Source of the DNA: a virus
Taxonomy: Duplodnaviria; Caudoviricetes
Virus record (IMG/VR): IMGVR_UViG_3300017649_000011
Location: 1-37,543 of that record
Strand: one strand, 5' to 3'
DNA length: 37,543 nt
Part shown: in pieces, positions 1 through 5,910 of the stretch
Layout of the letters: each line of letters starts with the position of its first letter
Numbering within the stretch: the stretch's first letter is position 1
Translations under genes and position numbers: made by a program
The notes under the pieces: model-generated
What the model was told of the DNA's origin: nothing
The model's input: the letters and a program-made list of their open reading frames with translations, nothing else
Database searches by the model: none

Positions 1-292
1 AGCCGCCGCAAACGTCGCAATCGACGCTGGGGCGATTCTCGGTGGCCACGGCCCGCCGCGCCGACCTGGCTTTGGCAATCAGCCCACAAAGCGTGGGGAA
101 GTGGTTTTGCTTGGATGTCTTCACGCCAATCATCTTGATCGACGCCGCCTCCGCCTCTTCTTGGGTCGTTTTGTATTGCGCGAAGTTGGCGAGCCATTCG
201 GAGTAACGCGCCGGGTCGTCCGATCGCGACGGGAGGCCGAGGGCCGCGTGGCGGGCGATGTGGCCGCACAACCAATCGTCAAACCACCACAT
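1..292 (-). CDS. Hypothetical protein downstream of rep, 5' part (runs off window start); CxxCGG zinc motif
   Basis: Read manually: ATG at 292 overlaps the rep 3' end. MWWFDDWLCGHIARH...RPSVDCDVCGG is open to position 1. Not in the ORF track. Confidence 0.7.
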   Translation of the reverse strand, partial: MWWFDDWLCGHIARHAALGLPSRSDDPARYSEWLANFAQYKTTQEEAEAASIKMIGVKTSKQNHFPTLCGLIAKARSARRAVATENRPSVDCDVCGG

Positions 293-1172
293 CCTTTTCA
301 AGCTCCGTGATGTGTCCGGCCACCTTGTCTAGGTACCAGGCGTTTTCCTTGAGCACCCAATCCCAATGGGCGTCGATTTCGGCGTCGGTCAGCTTGGGGA
401 GCTTGGCCAAAATCTCTTCCGCCTTGCGGTGCATAATTTCCTTGGCTTCCTCGTCCGTGTACTTGGGAGTTTTGATCTGGGCATATTCAGGTATGCCGTT
501 CCGGGACCAATTGGGCAGGGCCTTGCACACCCAACCGATGCTTTTGACGCCCTTGGATAGAGCGTGTTTGACGGCCGCCTGGACCGTCCCGAGGCCGTGC
601 GCCCTGGCGAGTTCCTTGACCAACTCGGGATCGCCGCCGTGCAGTCTTCTCGCGTCCTCGATCAGCTTCGCGACCTCTTCCGCCGTCGCCTTGCGGCCGG
701 TCTTGGTCACTTCGACGGCCTCCAGCGTGGCCGCCACGGCTTTCGTCGCTTCCGGCTCTCGCGGGGCTTCGGCTCGCGGCGAGACTTGGGACACGGCATC
801 GACATCAGGCTCAGCGACAGCGGCAACATGAGCGGACTCCGATGATTTGGCTTGCGACTCCGATGGTTGCGAGACGGACTCCGAAGGTTGGGCTTCGACG
901 CGCCAGAGCATCACAATCGCCCGGCGCGTCTTGAGGCCGTAATCCGTGCGATAGGCGACGTAGCCGAGCTCGATCAACGCTTTGATCGCTTCTTGCACCG
1001 CGCGTTTCGAGTAGCCGAGTTCCGCGGCGATTGTCGCGGCCGATTTCCACCACTCGGAGAACTTCCGGGGGAGGCTTTTGAGGTACTCGAAGACGCTCTT
1101 CACCACGCCGGGGACGCGGCCAAGGTCGGCGAGGGCGGGTTGACTTGGGTAATAACGCGATGTAGTATTCAT
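279..1172 (-). CDS. Phage replication initiator-like protein (N-terminal winged HTH, low-complexity linker, DnaD-like C-terminal region)
   Basis: SAATIAAELGYSKRAVQEAIKALIELGYV is a wHTH of the rep/HTH_36 type; AVKHALSKGVKSIGWVCKALPNW resembles the DnaD C-terminal motif; early-operon position. Confidence 0.7.
   Translation of the reverse strand: MNTTSRYYPSQPALADLGRVPGVVKSVFEYLKSLPRKFSEWWKSAATIAAELGYSKRAVQEAIKALIELGYVAYRTDYGLKTRRAIVMLWRVEAQPSESVSQPSESQAKSSESAHVAAVAEPDVDAVSQVSPRAEAPREPEATKAVAATLEAVEVTKTGRKATAEEVAKLIEDARRLHGGDPELVKELARAHGLGTVQAAVKHALSKGVKSIGWVCKALPNWSRNGIPEYAQIKTPKYTDEEAKEIMHRKAEEILAKLPKLTDAEIDAHWDWVLKENAWYLDKVAGHITELEKDVVV
835..890. repeat. Three GACTCCGAWGRTT direct repeats at 21-bp period inside rep (possible iterons)
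   Basis: Copies start at 835, 856 and 877; they encode the QPSES/QPSES/KSSES linker. Confidence 0.6.
1140..1168 (+). promoter_or_regulatory. Sigma70-type promoter antisense to the rep start
   Basis: TTGACT(1140-1145)-N17-TAGTAT(1163-1168). Confidence 0.7.
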
Positions 1173-1174
1173 GT

Positions 1175-1227
1175 GAACTTCGTTGGATTCAGGGGCCGGG
1201 CTTTGGCGAGCCTAGGCCCCTTTTTTC
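1175..1227 (+). ncRNA. Putative ~50-nt OOP-like antisense RNA
   Basis: Bounded by the promoter at 1140-1168 and the intrinsic terminator at 1191-1227; complementary to the region just upstream of the rep ATG. Confidence 0.55.
1191..1227 (+). terminator. Rho-independent terminator oriented against the early operon
   Basis: Hairpin AGGGGCC-GGGCT...AGCCT-AGGCCCCT followed by a T7 tract on the + strand only. Confidence 0.75.
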
Positions 1228-1235
1228 GTTGGTGG

Positions 1236-1460
1236 TCAGTCGCCGTCTTCGATGTCGGCCACATACGTCAGCGCGTGTTGCAGGGCTCGCTGGAAGGCGT
1301 GGATTCGAGCCGCGTCGGCGGTTCCCCGGGCCGTTTGCTTGAGCCGTTCGGCATCCTCGTTGAGGGCGTCGAGCCGTTCGCCCCATTCCTTGGCGACGGT
1401 CGCGACATGGGCCTTGCGGGCTCGTTCCCGGAAGGTCGGCGGAAGCGGTGGCGCGATCAT
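1236..1460 (-). CDS. Hypothetical protein (74 aa, helical)
   Basis: ATGA overlap with the upstream ORF; AGGAG upstream; fits the operon. Confidence 0.65.
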   Translation of the reverse strand: MIAPPLPPTFRERARKAHVATVAKEWGERLDALNEDAERLKQTARGTADAARIHAFQRALQHALTYVADIEDGD

Positions 1461-1609
1461 GACTTGGTATTCTCCTTCGTCTCGCGGGCTTCGGCGTCCA
1501 ATCGCTTCTTGAGGTGGTCAAGGGCCTGCTTGAGCTTTTCGGGGTCCATGCCGCGCTCGAGCATCCGAATCACGGCCCGTTCGGCGCGTCGGTTTCGTGG
1601 GAGGCTCAT
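1457..1609 (-). CDS. Hypothetical protein (50 aa, MSLPRNRRAERAVIRMLERG...)
   Basis: Read manually; ATGA overlaps with both neighbours; GGAGG upstream. Confidence 0.6.
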   Translation of the reverse strand: MSLPRNRRAERAVIRMLERGMDPEKLKQALDHLKKRLDAEARETKENTKS

Positions 1610-2679
1610 ATCTCGACCTCCTCAACCTCTTGCGAGGCGTCTTCCGCCTCGACGGCGGGCTCGTCGGAGAGGTATTCGGCGAGGTTCGCCTCCGTGCGCG
1701 CCTCGCCCAGTTTCGCGGAACAGTACTCGCCCACCAGCGTGGCGAATCGCTCGGGGTTCTTCGCGTGCAGCCTGGAGACGAGCGCCACCAGCGCGGAGCG
1801 AACTCGCTTGCCCTCAGCGTTCTCGATCTCGGCGGCCTTGACGATGCCCTGTTCGACGGCCCACGATCCGATGTGATTCTGAACCTGATAGACGTTCACG
1901 AGCGGCTTGTACTCAAGCTCGTAGGTTTCGCAGTCGGCCTTCCACTCGCCGTTGAAGTGCTCGGCGGCGGCGGTGATGACGGCGGTGTGTGGCCGGGCGT
2001 CGTATTCCTTCTCGGCGTGCTTCTTGATCCGCTCAACCTCGGACCCAACCGGCGCGTGGCGGTCCTTGACGCGGGGGGCGTTGAGTTGCCCCATCAGTTC
2101 GTCGCCGATCTCGCCGGCGCTCGGCTGGCGGGTGTCCGGCGGAACGACTCGAGCGGTGGTCTCGATGGGCGTGTCGCGGGCGTCGAAGTCGCTAATCTCC
2201 TCCGGGGTGTAGACCCCCACCACGATGCCCGGATCGACGGCCCGCACGCCCTCGCTGATGGCCCGCGCCCTGAGCATCTGGCGGGGGAACTTCCGCCAGT
2301 TGTCCTTCACGCCGTTGCGGCCGCGCGTCACGCCCGCCTTGTCGAGTTCGGCGAAGGTGATGTGGACCTCGAACCCCTTGGGCGACAACTCGGGGTGCTT
2401 GAAGATCGCCCGGCACTCCTCGTTGGTGGACTTGACCCACTCGACCCGCCCGCCGTGCCGCTGGAACTCGGCCTGCATGGCGTCGGCCCGCATCGACGGC
2501 TTGCCCTCGATGATGTGCCAGCGACGAACGGCGGCGACGGGGTGCAGGCCCTCCGCTTGAGCCAGCAGGCAGAGCGTGAAGGCTTGCTCGGGCTCCAACC
2601 CGAACAGCCGGGAACGGGCGATCCGAACGGCGATCGCGTCCAGATCCTTGACGCCGTAGGCTTGAATTTCGGTGCTCAC
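1606..2679 (-). CDS. RecT/Redbeta-like single-strand annealing recombinase
   Basis: Motifs IIEGKPSMRAD and NWRKFPRQMLRARAISEGVRAVDPGIVVGVYTPEE are typical of phage RecT-like proteins; GTG start at 2679 overlaps the upstream stop. Confidence 0.75.
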   Translation of the reverse strand: MSTEIQAYGVKDLDAIAVRIARSRLFGLEPEQAFTLCLLAQAEGLHPVAAVRRWHIIEGKPSMRADAMQAEFQRHGGRVEWVKSTNEECRAIFKHPELSPKGFEVHITFAELDKAGVTRGRNGVKDNWRKFPRQMLRARAISEGVRAVDPGIVVGVYTPEEISDFDARDTPIETTARVVPPDTRQPSAGEIGDELMGQLNAPRVKDRHAPVGSEVERIKKHAEKEYDARPHTAVITAAAEHFNGEWKADCETYELEYKPLVNVYQVQNHIGSWAVEQGIVKAAEIENAEGKRVRSALVALVSRLHAKNPERFATLVGEYCSAKLGEARTEANLAEYLSDEPAVEAEDASQEVEEVEI

Positions 2680-3026
2680 AGGGCGGGCTCCCATTGCTGG
2701 ATGATCTCGGCGAGGGCGTCCACGCGGCCAACGACCACGGCCGGGTATCCGTCGCGGTCAAGCTCGCCAAGGCGGGCGAAGTGGTCCCCGTCAACGACCT
2801 CGTGGGCGGGCGTCTTGCTCAGCGCGTCGCGGAGGTTGGCCTCGGCGACGCGGACCCGATCGGCGGCCTCCAGAATCGCGTGGGCGAGCGGATGGTGGTC
2901 GCGCCAGGTGATCCCGATCGACGCGCACAGCGTTTCGGTTTGCTCTTGCTGGCGGACGGCTCGGCGGTGAAGCCGGAAGGCCGCCAGGGCTCGCTTGCTT
3001 TGGTCGATGGCTTGCGTCGTCTGCAT
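2676..3026 (-). CDS. Hypothetical protein, first gene of the leftward early operon
   Basis: GAGGAG RBS before ATG 3026; lies downstream of the leftward promoter. Confidence 0.65.
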   Translation of the reverse strand: MQTTQAIDQSKRALAAFRLHRRAVRQQEQTETLCASIGITWRDHHPLAHAILEAADRVRVAEANLRDALSKTPAHEVVDGDHFARLGELDRDGYPAVVVGRVDALAEIIQQWEPAL

Positions 3027-3107
3027 CTCGCGTCTCCTCGCTCGGGCTTGGAACCCCTCGTGTTGATTTTTGTGGCGGTTGGACCAACAAGCGCCGCCAC
3101 CAAACGA

Positions 3108-3136
3108 AAAGTACTCCAGTCCTAGGACCTTGTCAA
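3108..3136 (-). promoter_or_regulatory. Leftward early promoter with a palindromic operator in its spacer
   Basis: Minus strand TTGACA-N17-TACTTT; the spacer contains GTCCTAGGAC (3119-3128). Confidence 0.8.
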
Positions 3137-3170
3137 TAACCAAGTCATAGGACCACTGCGGTCCTAGCAC
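3119..3170. promoter_or_regulatory. Three operator copies: GTCCTAGGAC, GTCATAGGAC, GTCCTAGCAC
   Basis: At 3119-3128, 3144-3153 and 3161-3170, between divergent promoters; one perfect palindrome and two single-mismatch copies. Confidence 0.75.
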
Positions 3171-3183
3171 CTAAGTCCGTGCG

Positions 3184-3212
3184 TTGACAAGGCTTACGAT
3201 TTCTGTAAACCT
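3184..3212 (+). promoter_or_regulatory. Rightward promoter for the repressor gene
   Basis: TTGACA(3184-3189)-N17-AAACCT (weak -10). Confidence 0.5.
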
Positions 3213-3267
3213 GGGACTGGTTGGTTTGTGGACTCAGGGGACGTGGGTGAACAGAGGGGAGAAGCCG

Positions 3268-3720
3268 ATGGCTCGAAGACCTGGGGACGTTCAAGTCCAG
3301 ATCGTCATGCCGCCCGAGATGCGGACGGAGATCGACGAAGCGCTGTTGAAACTTCGGGATAGCGTCCCAACCACGAAGCTCATGGACCGGGGAACGATGC
3401 TTCGGTTTTTGGTTAGGTGGTTCTTGGACCTACCCAGAGACATGCAGCTGCAGGCGGTGCTTGCCGGCAAGGAAATCGCGGAGGAAGGAGTCAGTCAGGC
3501 CGCTGAAGAACTTCTGGACGAGGTTAACCCACGGACCACCAAAGGCGCTCGCGTCGTCGGTGTTCGAGATCGCTCACGATCTACACCGGATAGCCAGCCA
3601 TCCGATGCAAGTCCTTCGAATCCACCATCCAGGAAAGTCGGCGGCAGACAAGGGCGTGGCCGAACAATGAAGCTCAATCTCGTGGATGTCAGGCCCAAGA
3701 GCGAGAAGAATCGAAAGTAA
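3268..3720 (+). CDS. Putative immunity repressor, ribbon-helix-helix-like N-terminus and disordered basic C-terminus
   Basis: VQVQIVMPPEMRTEIDEAL...DRGTMLRFLVRWFL fits the strand-helix-helix pattern of CopG/Arc; divergent from the early operon; GAGGGG RBS before ATG 3268. Confidence 0.6.
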   Translation: MARRPGDVQVQIVMPPEMRTEIDEALLKLRDSVPTTKLMDRGTMLRFLVRWFLDLPRDMQLQAVLAGKEIAEEGVSQAAEELLDEVNPRTTKGARVVGVRDRSRSTPDSQPSDASPSNPPSRKVGGRQGRGRTMKLNLVDVRPKSEKNRK

Positions 3721-3919
3721 AGTGCTTGCCTCGGCCTGCGAGGGTTCGGCCTTCGTCGGCCGTTGCGATGGCTTCATTGCGGCTCACTCCGTCACGTATT
3801 TGGAATTCGTCAAAGATACCTTTGCTCGCGTAAGTAGGCAACGATTCTTTTCATCATTGGTCCATCCACGGCCGAATGGTGTCCATTGGTACACTAGCAC
3901 GGCGAGACATGGCGGTCAA

Positions 3920-4057
3920 TTGGATGCAATAAAATTCCTCTTGAGCAGCGGCGACGCCAACGACGCCGCGCGGGCGCTGGCGATCGGCGTTGTGTTGCTC
4001 GGCTGGATGTGGTGGCGGATCGCGAAGGATTTTCGGGCTTGGCTCAAGGAGCGTTGA
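3920..4057 (+). CDS. Small single-pass membrane protein (45 aa)
   Basis: ALAIGVVLLGWMWW hydrophobic span followed by basic residues; TTG start uncertain. Confidence 0.45.
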   Translation: MDAIKFLLSSGDANDAARALAIGVVLLGWMWWRIAKDFRAWLKER

Positions 4058-4059
4058 CG

Positions 4060-4392
4060 ATGGCGATCTTGTTGATTTTCTGGGTGATGTTCGCGGGCCT
4101 GGGGTGGTGGGTCGCGGCGCAGAAGGGGAGGGCTCCGGAGGAAGGGTTGATCCTCGGGTTGCTCTTCGGGCCGATCGGCTGCGTGATCGAGGCGATGCTT
4201 CCCTCGCCGGCACCGGGCGAGGCGAAGGCGGCGAATGTCGGCGCGGTGCTCAAGCGGATCGACGACGCGATCAACCAGCCGGGCAAGCCGGTGCCGGAAA
4301 AGCGCGAGGGCGTTGGTGTCGCCGACATCCCCTTCGTCCCCCCCCAGTCCAAGCCCAAAGACCCAAGCAACCCTTTCGCCCGCCCTTCTTGA
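4060..4392 (+). CDS. Two-TM membrane protein (possible superinfection exclusion)
   Basis: MAILLIFWVMFAGLGWWVAAQKGR...LILGLLFGPIG; AAGGAG RBS; lies in the repressor-oriented operon. Confidence 0.7.
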   Translation: MAILLIFWVMFAGLGWWVAAQKGRAPEEGLILGLLFGPIGCVIEAMLPSPAPGEAKAANVGAVLKRIDDAINQPGKPVPEKREGVGVADIPFVPPQSKPKDPSNPFARPS

Positions 4393-4417
4393 AACTTTAC
4401 AACTCCCGAGAATTTTC

Positions 4418-4441
4418 GCCCGGCTTCGGCCGGGTTTTTTT
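4418..4441 (+). terminator. Rho-independent terminator of the immunity operon
   Basis: GCCCGGC-TTCG-GCCGGGT with a C(UUCG)G tetraloop followed by a T run. Confidence 0.85.
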
Positions 4442-4452
4442 ACGCGCCGTCC

Positions 4453-4575
4453 GCGCACGTTCCTGCGCCCACTCGGCGCGTGTTTCTGCGCCCACGATCG
4501 TCCCCCCCCTGGACCCCCCCTATAAGGAAGTAAAGAGAGAGTTACTAAAGAGACACAACACTCTTTGGTAAGTCC
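4453..4575. other. Candidate replication origin (or packaging site): direct repeats plus strand-asymmetric AT-rich tract
   Basis: GCGCRYGTTYCTGCGCCCAC at 4453-4472 and 4476-4495, then C-runs, then purine-rich TATAAGGAAGTAAAGAGAGAGTTACTAAAGAGA. Confidence 0.4.
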
Positions 4576-4632
4576 TCAGTGGTCGCGCGGAGGATTTGGC
4601 GGTTGGCGGTCGTTGTGTAGGAGTCCATTGGG

Positions 4633-4661
4633 TTGACAAGTCCTAGGACTTAAGCCACACT
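4633..4661 (+). promoter_or_regulatory. Rightward (late-region) promoter with a perfect 14-bp operator
   Basis: TTGACA(4633-4638)-N17-CACACT; palindrome AAGTCCTAGGACTT at 4638-4651. Confidence 0.75.
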
Positions 4662-4694
4662 TGGTTAAACGCCCAATCTCCTGGAGGCCGCGTC

Positions 4695-5111
4695 TTGAGC
4701 CGACCGCGAACCATCAGCCCACAACACGCGCTGTCGCTCGTCTGGTCGGGGCTCACCGTCGCCGAGGTGGCCCGCGAACTCGGTTGCAGCCGAGTGGCGG
4801 TGTACAACGCCCTCAAGGCCGCGCGGCTCCTGGAGCTTGGCGCTCTCCCGCGGCATCTGGTTCCGACGTTCCCCGCCGGTCCCCTACTCCCGAGGTCACG
4901 ATGTAACCACGACGTTCGACCGATCAAGCTGGGCTCGTCGCTGTACTGCCCGATCTGCCACCAGACGGGCTGGGACTGGCATCCGCTGTTCCGCGGCGTT
5001 AAGCCGCTTCCCAAGGATCGCAAGCCCGCCGGGAAGCCGGCGGCCAAGCCAACGCGAAAGCAGCGCCGGGCGGCTCTCAAGGCCGCCGCTCAAAGGACGG
5101 TCGGCGTCTGA
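4695..5111 (+). CDS. HTH plus zinc-ribbon protein, probable late-gene regulator
   Basis: GLTVAEVARELGCSRVAVYNAL HTH; CNH...CPIC metal ligands; GGAGG RBS before TTG. Confidence 0.7.
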   Translation: MSRPRTISPQHALSLVWSGLTVAEVARELGCSRVAVYNALKAARLLELGALPRHLVPTFPAGPLLPRSRCNHDVRPIKLGSSLYCPICHQTGWDWHPLFRGVKPLPKDRKPAGKPAAKPTRKQRRAALKAAAQRTVGV

Positions 5112-5132
5112 GCCGCATGGACGCGGCGACAC

Positions 5133-5212
5133 GCGAGGGGTGGCCTCGCCGGGCCCTTTCTCCATGCTGGGGGGGACGGCCGGCGAAGTTGGTTCGATTC
5201 CAGCTCTTCGCG
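5133..5212 (+). ncRNA. tRNA-like element 1 (acceptor stem + long hairpin + T-arm, no D-arm)
   Basis: GCGAGGG/TCTTCGC stem; T-arm GTTGG-TTCGATT-CCAGC; internal TCGCCGG/CCGGCGA helix. Confidence 0.6.
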
Positions 5213-5277
5213 CTCGGGTCGGGGACAACCCCGAGGCCCAAGTCCACCCGCTTGTCGCGGGACCGACCCGAAAACTT

Positions 5278-5358
5278 GGTTGCCCGGGTCCGCCATACGA
5301 GCGTCGATTGCTCGGTCCAGGTGGTGGCCGTCAAGGGGTTCAAGTCCCCAGGCAACCC
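5278..5358 (+). ncRNA. tRNA-like element 2 (acceptor stem + long hairpin + T-arm)
   Basis: GGTTGCC/GGCAACC perfect 7-bp stem; T-arm GGGG-TTCAAGT-CCCC; internal CGAGC-GTCGATT-GCTCG hairpin. Confidence 0.6.
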
Positions 5359-5522
5359 CTCGCGAACGCGCCGGGGCGCAACGCTGAACTCGCATTTTCA
5401 GACAAACCGATTTCAGTCCAGCGCGTTCGCGACAAAGCACGTCTCGTCAGCCGTGAGTGGAGACGCGCGGCCAGCTCATCGGTGGCCTTAACCACGGCCG
5501 TTCCATCGTCATTCACGCTCCG

Positions 5523-5563
5523 AAACGCCCGCCGCGTTCACCACCGGCGGGCGTTTTTCTTTT
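5523..5563 (+). terminator. Rho-independent terminator closing the structured RNA block
   Basis: AAACGCCCGCCG/CGGCGGGCGTTT stem followed by TTCTTTT. Confidence 0.8.
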
Positions 5564-5586
5564 CACTCCATCCCTGGGAAGCCCAC

Positions 5587-5886
5587 ATGGCCGACTCCAA
5601 AGACTTCACCCCCGAACAGGCCGAAGCCCTCATCGGCAAGGTCGGCCAGGTCCGCAACCCCTCCAAGGGCGTCTGGAAGGGCGACTACCGCGTCACCGGC
5701 TACGCCCTCGACCCCGCCGACGACGCCAAGGTCAAGTACCTCAAGGCCGAATCGGTGGCCACATTCCCGCCCACGCCGGGCCCTGATGGGACCACGATCC
5801 CCGAGCGGCCCCAGGTCCTCGCCAATCACCTGAACCCGCGCTGGTTCAAGCCGAACGCCAAACAGCCCAGCAACGCCGCCGGTTAA
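5587..5886 (+). CDS. Hypothetical protein (99 aa)
   Basis: MADSKDFTPEQAEAL...; strong GC3 codon bias from ATG 5587, whereas the upstream part of the tracked ORF is non-coding-like. Confidence 0.75.
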   Translation: MADSKDFTPEQAEALIGKVGQVRNPSKGVWKGDYRVTGYALDPADDAKVKYLKAESVATFPPTPGPDGTTIPERPQVLANHLNPRWFKPNAKQPSNAAG

Positions 5887-5910
5887 ACCGCACGCGGATT
5901 TCATAGAGCT

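Noticed and set aside
5115-5563. CsrB/RsmZ-type sponge, tmRNA or group I/II intron
   Set aside because: GGA motifs are few and mostly in stems; no tag ORF or tmRNA-type acceptor end; no intron core motifs and no interrupted gene.
4837-5586. N-terminal 250 aa of tracked ORF 4837..5886
   Set aside because: Overlaps the HTH gene, the structured RNA block and a terminator; coding-like bias starts only at ATG 5587.
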